NCBI RefSeq assembly: GCF_006345805.1
Contig: NC_043011.1
Location: 28,656,464-28,720,463 of the forward strand
Length of the DNA stretch: 64,000 bases
Direction: 5' to 3'
DNA from: Octopus sinensis
Taxonomy: Eukaryota
Shown: one piece after another, positions 1 to 12,840 of the stretch
Layout: each line of letters begins with the position of its first letter
Numbering within the stretch: the first letter of the stretch is position 1
Notes under the pieces: model-generated
Told to the model about the DNA's origin: nothing
Seen by the model: the letters and a program-made list of their open reading frames with translations, nothing else
The model's database searches: none
Made by a program: the position numbers and the translations under genes

Positions 1-440
1 TCTGTTTGGGGGGGGGCCTAGTGGGGTCTGTTGCTCGTATTATTTAATTTTTCGAACAAGAGGTTCCATGCACTTGTCTGCCAGTGGTCGAGCTTAAAGT
101 CTCACTTAGTTGTGAGAAGTTTGTTTTGGAGCGTATCCCTCCTGAATTGCGTTAACGCTAGTTTTTTACTGGTATTCTGACTGTTTTTGTGCCGTGGATT
201 ACCATTTTGAACCGGAGTACCGGGACGGCCAGGAAAATTACTGGGTTTTTTTTTTTTTTGTGTGTAACTCACTTAATTGTGAGAAACCAAAATCGAATTT
301 TGTGCTGCGATGGAACACGGTAGATTACCTGAGTAGCAGAATTGTGTTGTCATTTGAACTGTCTTCCTTCGTTCTGTTTCTCTCCTCTGTCTTTCCATTC
401 TTTTTTGTATTTATTTACATTTTATTTATTTTTCGTCAAT

Positions 441-1674
441 ATGGCAGCAAAAAATACTCTTTTGGGGTGGCAAATAGTGGCCCCCAAACAGTGGTTGCAA
501 AATTTTTCTGAGAGAACGGTGGTGTTAAGAACCTATTCTAAGGTTCTTGACACCATCACTGTGTTCTCGCAGACAGACATTAAAAAAGAGTTGGCGGAGT
601 ACCTGCCAACGATTAAGTTTATCGAAAGGGGTGTTAAATACGCGACAGTGTGTGTGTTGTTTGGCACTCCTGCAAAGGCTCGGGCTTTCGCGAGCAGACC
701 ATTAGAAGAGGAGAAAATTTTGCTTCTCCCCATTTATGAAGGGAGGAGACTGACAAGAGCTTGGGCGTGTGGGTTGCCACCCGGTATAGAACCCGAATGG
801 ATAGAAGACGCTATCCGTCGGGGTCTGGGTGGAAGCACTGCCAGGCTCTTGAATGTCAGAATTCTTCCTGAGGCTGATTGGGTAGGGTCAAAAGCAATTT
901 TGGCCCTATGGACCCAATCAGCCGATGACCTGGTTTTGCCAGATTTTCTAACAATGGCCGGTTCCAGGTGCCCGGTGATCCTTGAGGGAAGCCCCACCCA
1001 CCCAGTGTCACCTGTGTCTGGAATTTGACCACATAAAAAAACTGCCGCCGGGACCAAGCAAAAGTCCTGGAACAGTTAATAGAAGAGCTCTCTGCTCCCC
1101 CATTGGAGGGGAGGGAGAAAGTCGAGGGGAGGCAACCCCATCGAAAAAGAAAGGGAGAAAAAGAAAGAAGGTGAGTAACAATGGCTGCCCACCAATGGAT
1201 CCTGAGGCGGCGGGAGGAATGGAAGGACTTCCAGACAAGAGGGATGAACTCCATCCTCCTATCGTGAAGGAAAAGAAGAAACGTAAAAAGAAGAAGAACG
1301 GGACATTGCCGGCGGTTGATGGTGAATCGCAGGCACGCCCGAAAACTTTGTCGGCGGGATGTGTGCAAGCGACAGAGGAAACAGCGGCCCCTCCCAGAAG
1401 GAGGAAAGATGATTTTGTCATCTTTTTCCAGAAAAGATGGGCAGTACCGAGCTTCGTAGAGAAGCTAGATGACCGGGGAGAGGAACCCATGCCCTGGACA
1501 GGGGACGAGGATTGGCCTTCGCAGGTGACTATGAAGGATGTCGGTATGTTCAGTGTGATGGGCGTCTTCTCGAAGGACATGTTCAGATTTGCATTCTGGG
1601 GCGCCGACCTGGATCTGGAGCAGTGCCTAAGGGTAGCGTACAGCCTGGTCGGAGAGGATGATTCAGTTTTGTGA
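441..1674 (+). pseudogene. Frameshifted ORF1/Gag-like protein of a non-LTR retroelement (two RRM-like folds, CCHC zinc knuckle, Lys-rich tail); no ORF2 follows
   Basis: ATG at 441 (MAAKNTLLGW...). Removing a 4-bp duplication (ACCC, ~995-1003) joins ...LPDFLTMAGSRCPVILEGSPT to QCHLCLEFDHIKK (C-X2-C-X4-H). This resembles Tx1/L1-type ORF1p and ZCCHC3. GC content is far above the flanks. Stop at 1672-1674. Confidence 0.7.
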
Positions 1675-1929
1675 CCTATGTCATTATTTGTAATGGACTG
1701 TGAAGTCCAAAACTTTTTTTAAATTGTAAAAACTGTAAGAGGTTTAATACCTCGTTTTGTGTTTGTTTTCAAAGAGCAATGTTTTAGAGAAGCAAAATCG
1801 GCGGACGCTTTTGTCATCTCCCATCCTTATCATCTTTGTTTCGTTAACATTCATGTCATTAATGTCTTTGTCCAGCCCGCAAAGCTACTATACTCTATGT
1901 ACTGCCTTTATGGCAAATATAATGAAATA

Positions 1930-2313
1930 AAGTAGCTTGCTTACGAACCACATGGTTCCGGGTTCTGTCCCACTGCGTGGCATCTTGGGCAAGTGTCTTC
2001 TACTATAGCCTCGGGCCGACCAAAGTCTTGTGAGTGGATTTTGTAGACGGAAACAGAAAGAAGCCCGCCGTATATATGTATATATATATATATGTATGTG
2101 CGTGTATATGTTTTCCCCCCTCCCAACATCGCTTGACAACCGATGCTGGTGTGTTTACGTTCCCGTAACTTAGCGGTTCGGCAAAAGAGACCGATAGAAT
2201 AAGTACTAGGCTTCCAAAGAATAAGTCCTGGGGTCGATTTGCTCGATCGACTAAAGGCGGTGCTCCAGCATGGCCACAGTCAAATGACTGAAACATATAA
2301 AAGAGTAAAAGAG
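1930..2313 (+). mobile_element. Abundant octopus tRNA-derived SINE (here 'SINE1'), 5'-truncated
   Basis: GTAGCTTGCTTAC...GGTTCCGGGTT head, internal (TA)n, body, and 3' end GGCGGTGCTCCAGCATGGCC-CAGTCAAATGACTGAAAC-AAAAGAG; more than 15 related copies in the window. Confidence 0.9.
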
Positions 2314-2484
2314 AAAAGGAGTGTATATATATATGCAACGACCTCGAATACACAAGTGCAAACAAGGGAGTCAGAGAAAGGCAGAATGCCACCTATATCT
2401 GAACACTACTATGGAAGTATTCCTTTAAAAAAACCTTTCTTCTAATTTTTCTAAATTTTTCTAAATTTAATTATTTAATCGTTA

Positions 2485-2522
2485 CAGTTGAAAAGGTCTC
2501 AAAATGACCGAAACCGGTACTG
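2485..2522 (+). ncRNA. Minimal type I hammerhead motif with U3-A8 core variant
   Basis: CAG-TTGAAAA-GGTC(tcaaaat)GACC-GAAAC-CG-GTA^-CTG; stem I CAG/CTG, stem II GGTC/GACC, palindromic ACCGGT stem III. Confidence 0.55.
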
Positions 2523-4246
2523 AAAGATTCACTATAAAATCATCTTAGCATTTTCTATTTTTGACTTGTTTTTTCATATATATATATATGGTCTTTTTTC
2601 TTGCTGTTAGAATGCCAATACAGTGGTGAATTCTGCTAAACTATTATACTATCCACATCGTCATACAACTTCTTTTAAGTAGTCCAGTTATTGTTACTGC
2701 TTGGGGTCAAAACCGCTACAATATTACTTCACCCTAATATCTCTAAACGTAGCTTTGAGTCTAACATTTACAAAATGGTCACCCTACACAAATAGCATAG
2801 CGATAGCAGTTATTTCAGAAATGGAAGGCTATTCTGCGATATTGTTGATATTTAGCTCTGGGCTCCATTCTGATTCAACAGTACTTCGGACTAAGCCATC
2901 CGAACTGTGACCGTCACAAAGATTTATGCATATCTAAAGGTACATTTAAATGTGTTCTTGCTTTATTTAAGCTAGGATAGTATGATTTTATTGAATCCGT
3001 TGTTACAACTGGCAAGTCGAGTGAACATTGCACTCGGTACTTCACTGGTACTTGCTTGTATTGATTCCGTAGGGATGAAAGGCAGAGTTGCCCAAGGCGG
3101 AATTAGATCTCAGAATGCATATCCAAGACAAACATTGCAATGCATTTACCAGGCACGGTAATAATTCTTCCTTTTATAATTCCTACAACAGGCTCAAAGT
3201 CAGAAGTTTGTTGGAGGGATCAATCGATTAAACCAACCCCTGTGATTTACGATTGCTTATTTTACCGACCATGTAGAAAGAACAGAAACGTTGACACCAG
3301 TTGAATTGGAAGTCATAATGTAAACAGCCTGAAAGAACGAATGACGCAAGGTTTTACAGATACTTTTTTTAACGCTCTAACAATTTAGCGATGATGATAA
3401 TGATTGTTATGATAAGGATGATAACGATAGCAATGATAAATTGGACATTGCTTTTACAGAGTCAGGAAAACTGGGATTTATAGGAAAAAAGGATATTGAT
3501 TGTAACAATGGCTTCCGTGACATTTTTTTCTCTTTCACTGTTGTGAAAGAAGGTAATTGGAGAACTACCTAGAACACAAGCAAACATCCTAAATCCAGCA
3601 GATAATTGTTGACAGAAACCATTTAATGGAAGCGCAAACAGGCTGATACTTCCATGCAAATACAACTGAACCTTCATAACATAGTTGACGCCCTAATAAT
3701 GTCAAGCGGTCCTAATTGAAATTAAATATTTAATGTAACTATCCATCACAGCAGGGATTATCCAGTTGGTTTGAGATATTTTGAACCATAAGAGCACAGT
3801 GATTATATCTGCAATGGCGGAGAGCCCTTCTTGCTTTTTTGTTTCTTGTTTTTTTTTTTTGTTTTTTTTTTGCTATGAAAATAATTATAACCGCCTTATT
3901 GTTGATTTTCCACCTATTAAGGTAGCTATATTAACTATATCATTTAACATAAGCCTACACGATAACATGAGCCTACATCCTCACTGCCATCAACACCACA
4001 GTATCAACAAAAATGGATGGTGAACGTTAAATATATTCAGTCGAGAAACGACAAAGTGCTTGACAGTTACAATGTGTACATATTAGAGTTTCAAAGTACT
4101 TAATGTTTAGCACTGATTTCATGCCATGAATATGTGTTTTGAGAGCATTATATTTTTTCAAAACTCAGAGCAGGGAAATGCCACATTAAGCTCTTTAAAG
4201 CAACTGTTTCAGCTCTTTAATGATATTGTCCAAGTTTTCTTTGGAC

Positions 4247-4663
4247 TCTCTTTACTCTTTACTCTTTTACTTGTTTCAGTCATTTGATTGCGGCCATGCT
4301 GGAGCACCGCCTTTAGTCGAGCAAATCGACCCCAGGACTTATTCTTTGGAAGCCTAGTACTTATTCTATCGGTCTCTTTTGCCGAACCGCTAAGTGACGG
4401 GAACGTAAGCACACCAGCATCGGTTGTCAAGCGATGTTTTGGGGGAACAAACACACACAAACACACACACACATACATATATATACATATACATATATAC
4501 GACGGGCTTCTTTCAGTTTCCGTCTACAAAATCCACTCACAAGGCTTTGGTCGGCCCGAGGCTATAGTAGAAGACACTTGCCCAAGGTGCCACGCAGTCG
4601 GACTGAACCCGGAACCATGTGGTTGGTAAGCAAGCTACTTACCACACAGCCACTCCCGCGCCT
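4247..4663 (-). mobile_element. SINE1, near full length
   Basis: Reverse complement of the SINE1 consensus, from the GGCGC-GGAGTGGCTGTGTGG head to the (AAAGAGT)n tail. Confidence 0.9.
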
Positions 4664-5431
4664 ATTAGATAATAATTGTTTCTAATGTTGGCACTAAATT
4701 ATAATAGTAACCTTGCGAGAAGGAAGTTAATGGATTGAATCGACCACATTGCTTGACTGCTTCATAATTTTATCGAACTTAAAGAGAAGAAAAGTTAAAT
4801 TGGTCGACTTTGCTTTGAACGCAGAACATGAAGGCAAAAAGGTTTTATAGCCACTTTAACGATTCTACCAACCCACCATCTCCTGCAGATGGATCATAAT
4901 TACTTCTAATATAGTACAGGGCCATAGATGTTGGTAACGGCTATGTCATTTCAATCTACTCCAGTGTTTGATGTTGGTATTTATTTTACTTATACCCACA
5001 ACAATGAAAATCAAAATCGACTCTGAAAGGATTTGAATCCAGAACGCCCGTAAAGCAATGTAATTAACTACCGAAAATCATTCTGTACGTCACTCTAGTG
5101 GTTCTGCCAATCTACCATTCTGGATTATATTGGTTTGTTCAACGTCTTCGAACATTAGCGTAAATATAGAATTATTTTGAGGGTGGGGAATGATAAAGTT
5201 GCTTAAATCAATCTCAGTATATGATTGGTACTAATTTTGTTGACTCCACAGGGATTTTTAAAAAAGGGAGAAATTTGATGTTAACAGAACGTGAAGGTAT
5301 TTAAGTTCTATATCACCAAGTATTTGGATGAACACTTCATTCTGCTATAAATAATAAAGACTTCTTATTTAGGTACAAGGCTAGAAGTTTTGAGGGGAAG
5401 AAGAGGGGCTAATCGACATCTCATCCCAGTA

Positions 5432-5660
5432 CCTATTTCTTTACTACCCACAAGGGACTAAACACAGAGAGGACAAACAAGGACAGACAAACAGATGAAG
5501 TAGATTATATCGACCCCAGTGCGTAACTGGTACTTATTTACTCGACCCCGAAAGGATGAAAGGCAAAGTCGACCTCGACGGAATTTAAACTCACAACGTA
5601 ACGGCAGACGAAATACCGCTAAGCATTTCGCCCGCGTGCTAACGTTTCTGCCAGCTTGCT
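5432..5660 (-). mobile_element. Second octopus SINE family ('SINE2': GCTGGCAGAAACGTTAGCACG...GCCTTTCATCCTTTCGGGGTCG)
   Basis: Matches copies at 15940-16070, 18615-18825, 32425-32622, 34196-34410, 46545-46910 and 49340-49510. Confidence 0.85.
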
Positions 5661-7958
5661 GCCTTTGCTATATATTATAATCTTTTCTATTATCGGCACA
5701 AAACCGAAAATTTGCAGGGAAAATGTTATTCGACTAGATCGACCTCTGCGCTCAACTGGTAACTATTATATTGATTTCGAAAGAATGAAAAGCAGCGTCA
5801 ACGTCGGTGGGATTTTAACTCTGAATGTACACGGACGAAATGCCACTAAACGTTTTGTCCGGTGTGCTAATGATTCTGCCATCTAGACCGCCTTTAAAAT
5901 AACTAAGAATAGTAGATAACAAAACAAAATAAATTAGACAATTGAGTAAAGTATAAAGTTGGGTTGAAAATTGTGAAGCTTGAATAATTTCCGTCATGTA
6001 AAAAATTAAATTTATGGCATTTTTTTGTTGAGAAGTGGGCGGTTAATGGACATTCAGTTGTGGAATTGTAATAGAAAGAATGCCTTCCATAATAACATCA
6101 GGGATATTATTTACGAAAGTCGCTCTATTCATCGACATGGAAACAGCTGATTATTAGTGAGAAAGAAAATTTTTTAAATACGAAGAAAATGATGAAGTTT
6201 TTACAAAGATATTTGAGAAAATTAAGATTTAAAAAATACGGCTTCAAATAAATCAAAGATAATTTTAGATAAAGTATTAAAACAAGAAAAGGATATAAAA
6301 AATACTTTAGATTTATAAAACAAAATAAAATATAATGAAATAAAAGAATAAAGCTTTAATGATGCGATATAAAATAGCTCAAAAAGATGAAATATTAAAT
6401 AGGTTAATATCGGAAAGCATAAATTGCATGGAAGGTCTTTTTCTTTCTTTTTTTTTTTTAGAAGATGAAATGTCAGACGAGAAGAAAAATAAATATGAGC
6501 CAAAGGGGAAAACGGAAGGAAATATAATTCTTCTACTTCATCTCTCAAATTAATAAGAATACGAATTAAGGGTTGGACCAATGGCGAATGCTAATCTGAT
6601 GTCATTTGACGATAAAGTAATTTAAGGAAGTTCGTAATGAATAAAGATAAATCGCCTGTCTTCGTTGATTTGTGAAATATTGTGATTGAATAATAAAACT
6701 AAGGCTGCCATATAATAAATAGTGTAATTATTGCTGAAAATAATGACGTAGGAATTGGGTGAATTGTTTTTAATGAAGAAAGTAATAACAATGGCATTAG
6801 TGCCAAGCATATCATAAATTCATTCATATCCAATCATGGAGAAATTGACGCCATATCTGGATTTGAATTTAGAATATTTAAGCATCTTTGAGTCTGATGA
6901 TATGTGAGGCTGGGGTGTATACGGATTTTCAAGTGATTAAGCTGGAAGTATAGGACTCCCTGTGGAAAAAAAACTGAAGTATTTACTGTTAGAGCAACCC
7001 TTGAGTGTGATGTCCCATTCTTAGCTCTCCAACCCCATACAGGCTTATACAGCTGACCTAAAACTGCCGTTGAATCCCATAAAAGCGTCTTCCGGGAAGT
7101 ATAAAACGCATTGTCGTCAATGGATTGGTTTGAACAACAGGTATAGAGACGTAACTAGATACAGGACACTTTGTCCTGCTTTGACTAATAACTTCCATTA
7201 AGCTTTATTACAACTTTATTGACGCCAGGTTAGATAATTTATTCGATAGCGGAAGGATGAAAGATCAAGTTGATCTCAGAGAGATTTCAACTCATAAAGT
7301 ACGCAGGCGAAAGAAACCGGATAACATTTTGTCTAACGTTCCGACATTTAAGGCGAGTCGATTGGTAGAATTACTAGAGTGGTGGACAAATACCTGAAAA
7401 ATCAACAGAGCAACAGTTTCTTTTCCTTATACATAGATGAAGATTATTAGTTCAAAATAAATCGTCAGATTCTCCACTCCGCAAGATCATTCAACTTTCC
7501 AATCACTATTTTTTTATTCTCCGATTTTCTACAAGTTTACGACTCGATATTACCACCAGTAATCTCAAAATCTTAATTTTACCCACACTGAGACCGAGTT
7601 GAAATAGTTGCATCACCTACTTTAAGCGGCTTTATAATCTACTACCAAATTCTTCACTGTAATAAAAACCTCCTATTGCGTATCCAAGCATGCAGATTTT
7701 ACCAATGTGTTCCTCATGGAAGATATAAGTATAAAGTAAACAATAGCGTTCCAAAAGGTCAATCAATGGTTGAGAATATTTCTGACGGAAACTGGCAAAG
7801 AAGAAAGTGTGTCACTAGTCATACGGAAAGCGTCATTTTTTTCTGAATTGTCACTGATGTTTAGAGACTTTGCCAATATGAATCAGCAACAGAAGCTACC
7901 TATATACCTGTAAACTTTATACACATACGTGCATCCTTTCATGTATATCAATATATAT

Positions 7959-8278
7959 GACACGTGGCATAGTGGTTAAGGCATTCGGCTATCGATTGTA
8001 AGGTTGTGAGTTCAATTCCTGGCGACACGTTGTGTCCTTGAGCAAGACACTTTATTTCACGTTGCTCCAGTCCACTCAGCTGGCAAAAATGAGTTGTACC
8101 TGTATTTCAAAGGGCCGGCTTTGTCACACTCTGTGTCACGCTGAATCTCCCTGAGAACTACGTTAGGGGTACGCGTGTCTGTGGATTGCTCAGTCACTTG
8201 CACGTTAATTTCACGAGCAACCTGTTCCGTTGGTCGTATCAGCTGGGTCCCTCGTCGTCGTAACCGACGGAGTGCTCC
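7959..8278 (+). mobile_element. tRNA-derived SINE ('SINE4')
   Basis: A box GTGGCATAGTGG, B box GAGTTCAATTCC, TTGTGTCCTTGAGCAAGACACTT core and tail ending GTCGTAACCGACGGAGTG; near-identical to 23943-24262. Confidence 0.85.
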
Positions 8279-8304
8279 TACATATATATATATATATATA
8301 TATA

Positions 8305-8510
8305 GTTGAAATTTACGGAAAAACAAAAGACGAAGAGAGGTGTAGAAACAAGCATGTATTAGTTTGACGCTCGGGAAAGTAAGAAAGTATTTTACGTTTC
8401 GAGTCTACGCTCTTCAACAGACAGGAACACGATGAAATAAACAGAGAGAATAAAAAACTTGTGAATTTAGCGATCGGTCATGTCGACTCGTTGGAAAAAG
8501 ATAGTTAGAC
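8305..8510 (-). mobile_element. PLE pseudo-LTR-like repeat carrying a hammerhead-like motif (~8385-8425)
   Basis: Minus strand CTGTTGA-A-GAGC(gtag)ACTC-GAAAC-GTA^; same family as 62660-62850; abuts (TA)n. Confidence 0.55.
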
Positions 8511-8644
8511 AGGAGAGTTGGGAAGAAGTACTGCTGCTCTTAAAATGAAGAAGCGAATACGTGTGTGTATGTGTGATTGTTAAAATGCGTGCGTGTGGAT
8601 AGGGGTTAGTGACTTTGACATTTAGATGTATGCATGTGTAAGTG

Positions 8645-8686
<42 letters not shown>

Positions 8687-8909
8687 ATAAAAGAAGTTTT
8701 CTTCCCAATCACATGGTTCCGGGTTCAGTCCCACTGCGTAGCACCTTGGGCAAGTGTCTTCTACTATAGCCTCGGACCGGTAAAATAAGTACTAGGCTTA
8801 CAAAGAATAAGACCCGGGGTCGATTTGTTCGGCTAAAAGGGGTGCTCTAGCATGGCTGCAGTCAAATGATTCAAAGAATTAAAAAGGAAAAAGAATAAAA
8901 GAGTATGTG

Positions 8910-8951
<42 letters not shown>

Positions 8952-9307
8952 TGTGTGTGTGCGTGTGTGTGTGTGTATGTGTGTGTGTGCGTGTGTAAAA
9001 TATATACATAAAACATATGCAAGGTTTCCGCCCATAAGATTCCACTCGCAAAGTGCTGGCTAATTCGAAGCTATCGTAGAAGGCATTCGTTCAAGGATCG
9101 CAGAATGAAATCGAAGCTGGAATCGAAATGGTTCCTCCGAAGCAATCTTCATAACCGTACAGCGATGCCAAGGTCATTCAACGAGGAGATAAACATTTCT
9201 TTTCATTCTTTGTTTATGCATTCATCTGTCGTTCAAGAGGTCATTTACCATATTATTGCCATTTAAAGCCATGAAAAAGTCTAATTGATTATAACATGGA
9301 ATCTCGT

Positions 9308-9407
9308 NNNNNNNNNNNNNNNNNNNNNNNNNNNNNNNNNNNNNNNNNNNNNNNNNNNNNNNNNNNNNNNNNNNNNNNNNNNNNNNNNNNNNNNNNNNNN
9401 NNNNNNN
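9308..9407. other. Assembly gap (100 N, true size unknown)
   Basis: Run of exactly 100 N. Confidence 1.
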
Positions 9408-9775
9408 ATCGCATGGCTCCCGGTTCAGTCCCATTGCGTGGCACCTTGGGGAAGAGTCTTCTACAAAGCCCTCGGTCAGACCATAGCCCTCGTGAATGGA
9501 TTGGGTAGCGGAAACTGAAAGAATCCCTTCATATACGTATGCATATATAAATATATGTCTGTGTTGCCTTTGTATCGTGTTTGTCCCCCCCGTCACCATC
9601 GCTTAACAATAAATATTGGTGTGTTTATGTACCTGTAACATAGCGGTTCTGCCAAACAAACAGATAGAATAAGTTACTAGGCTTACAAAGGGTCGATTTC
9701 TTTGATTAAAGCTCTTTAAGGGGTAGCTCCAGCATGACCGCAGTAAAATGACTTAAACGTATAAAAGAGTAACAG
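9408..9775 (+). mobile_element. SINE1, diverged, cut by the gap
   Basis: SINE1 head, body and tail motifs. Confidence 0.8.
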
Positions 9776-10403
9776 AATATATATTTTATTTCCTATTTAC
9801 ATATCTAGATATGCATATTTATGAGTGTGGACCTGTATCTCCATCTCACCACATAACTGCGTCTCATGTTAGATGGTTACATAATGAGTGTTGATCCTGA
9901 TTTCTCGGAGCACAAGACAGAGGCCTATTGTTGCGGTAATGGGATGTATCTAATATGTGCGACAATTATTACCACTTCTTTAGCTTCAGCCCGCCAGAAG
10001 ATATAGTTTGGGCTACGGTATATATGGTTCTCTGTTCACGGGTTTGAGGTACCAGATGGTCAATCTCATTCTCTTCATTGATTCACCGACAGACGAGTAT
10101 GTTAAATTTAAGCACATTCTGATCCCTTCCTCTCTTTCTACTTACTTTCCTTTATTTGACAGTTGGTGAGTCAATGTAAAATTTGACAGTTGAGCTATCA
10201 TGTGTACGTGTGTATTTGACGTACATATATATATGGACATGCACACTTACGCGATTGCTATGAACATTTTTACTCCCTTACCTTTACTCCCTCCCCTTAC
10301 TTAGCGATCATTCTAATAGCTCTTTTGTCTTAATAACGGTCAATCACACAATAATTTCCCTTTGTTTAATGGTCATTTTCATAGAATTTTTTTGATGGAC
10401 CTC

Positions 10404-10460
10404 TAACTGAAGAGATGCGGACGTGGATTTCCGCCCCGACATCCGAAACTCGGAGTTTTA
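10404..10460 (+). ncRNA. Degenerate type I hammerhead-like motif
   Basis: TAA-CTGAAGA-GATG...CATC-C-GAAAC-TCGGA-GTT^-TTA; stem I is only 3 bp. Confidence 0.4.
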
Positions 10461-10799
10461 TCATGGCTACCGAATAACTATCACATTAATTTTACAAATT
10501 CTTCTATTTACATTATATAGAGGTCTCTTTTATACTTTTGTTGTCTTAACATGTCTATCAATATATTTATATATATATATATTATATTCATATAAATAGG
10601 AAATAGTGGCACAAGTTACCAATTTTTGCTGAAAATAGTAGTCGATAACCGTTCAACGATAAGTAAAGTTTCACTGGATGTATAGCGGCAAAGAATTTCG
10701 GTCTTACTTCTAGGAAGAACGCTAGAGATGTGGACAATCTAGTACTCGAGTTTCGAACTTTTCAGAATACGTTCTAAAGAAAAGACTAAATTTAAAATA

Positions 10800-11110
10800 T
10801 CCACTAGATCAATGCTTGTATACTCGGCCAATAGCCCTAGGCATAAACAGAACCGAGATCACTGCAAAAGTTTTATATAAAAATGTTAATATTATTACAA
10901 TATAATATTTTCGCTGGAAAATAATATTATTGAATTGTAATAATATTTATATTTTTATATATATTCATATATGCATAAGGCAAGAAATTGAATTTTTTGG
11001 CCCATGACACTGCATGGACCCTAAGTAAGGCATCTGTAAAATTTTAATGAAATCGGTTGGGTAGTTCTCGAGTTTTAGTGATGCACACAGACAGATAGAC
11101 ACACATTCTC
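10800..11110 (+). mobile_element. Non-autonomous Helitron/Helentron-like (HINE/DINE-1-like) element
   Basis: 3' region AAATTTTAATGAAATCGGTTGGGTAGTTCTCGAGTT...CACACAGACAGATAGAC followed by microsatellite, typical of this group. Confidence 0.5.
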
Positions 11111-11272
11111 ACTTATACACACACACACGCACACACACACACACACACACACAACACACACACACGCATGCATGCATTCTACATACCTGCCTTATTTCAG
11201 TTTGTCATAAGCTTTTATACGCACATTCCAACATATACTCATTGATATATAAAATTATACATATATATGTAT

Positions 11273-11303
<31 letters not shown>

Positions 11304-11496
11304 AATGTATAGATATATACATATATATATATGTATATATATGCATACGTATATATGTATATGAGTATATCTTTACATACATATATACATACTTATAAAT
11401 GTATGTATATATATATATATATACATATATATGTTTACAAATATATATATATGTATATATATCTATATGCATGTGTACATATATATGTGTGTGTGT

Positions 11497-11545
<49 letters not shown>

Positions 11546-12327
11546 CAGATAAATACATATACATTGTACGTGTTTGTACGAATAACTTTTTGTTAAATGC
11601 TTCTATTTCTCAGTCTTTAATAAATCCTCTCAAATTTAGCGTTTCTTTCATTCAGCCAGCATGGCTTTCAGAAAAAGGAAAAAACTAAGTGTATATAAAT
11701 ATATCAAATCTTCCGTGTAATATATCATAAAATATGATAACATCGTTTGATAACGTCTGCTTGGATTTAAATAGATGGATATTAATTTTATTGCCTGTCA
11801 GTTTGAATAGCATTTTGTCCTTTTTTTTATTCATGGTATTTTGCGTTGCACAGATTTTGTTTTCGGATGTTGCTGGCTCTGTGGGTGTGATTCTACTTAA
11901 CTTACAATATTTTTTTCTTTATATGATATCGAATTCTGCAAACACTAACATGTTATCTTACGGCGCTTCCATTTCAACGTGTAGTTTTGATCGAAAACTT
12001 CTGTAAATAAAGATTACAAATACACAGGCAAGGCGGTGTGGTTAAGGAGTTTGTTTTGCAACCGCGTACTTTTGGGCTCAAGCCCACTATGTGGAACCGT
12101 GGTGAGCTGCCTTCTTTTATAGCCCAGGCCGACCAATGTATACTGAGTGAATCTGGAAGAACGAAATTGTGTGAAAACCTATCGTGTGTACATATATATA
12201 GATATATATATAGATATATATATATTAGATCATAAATGGTGGGGGTTGCATTTAAAAAAAATTTTCCTTACTTATATATATATAGATATATATATATATT
12301 ATATATATATAAATATATATTATATAT

Positions 12328-12370
<43 letters not shown>

Positions 12371-12404
12371 CATACATCTATATATAATATATATATATAT
12401 ATAT

Positions 12405-12454
<50 letters not shown>

Positions 12455-12460
<6 letters not shown>

Positions 12461-12626
12461 GGCGCAATTGTGACTGGTATGAATAGGTTTGTTTCCCAAT
12501 CGCATGATCCTGAGTTCAGTCCCACTGCGTGGTGCCTAGAGCGTCTTCTTCTATAACCTCGGGCCGATCAATGCCTTATGAGTCGATTTGGTGAATGGAA
12601 ACTGAGAGAAATCAATCGTGTGTGTG

Positions 12627-12657
<31 letters not shown>

Positions 12658-12840
12658 CGTGTGTGTGTGCGTGCGTGTGTGTGTGTGTGTTTCCTCAACA
12701 CCGTCGCTTGACAACTGGTGTTGGTGTGTTTACGTCCCCCTAACCTCGCGGTTTAAAAATAAGTACTGGGCTAAAATCCTTCAAGGCGGTGCCTCAGCAT
12801 AGCCGCGGTCTAATATCTGAGACTAGTAAGAATAAAAGGC
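12455..12840 (+). mobile_element. SINE1, diverged
   Basis: Head, internal (TG)n, body and tail are recognisable. Confidence 0.8.

Noticed and set aside
4288-4685. Recurrent ORFs such as RRASFSFRLPNPLTRLWSARGYSRRHLPK
   Set aside because: They are chance frames in SINE1; recurrence reflects copy number, and copies carry indels.
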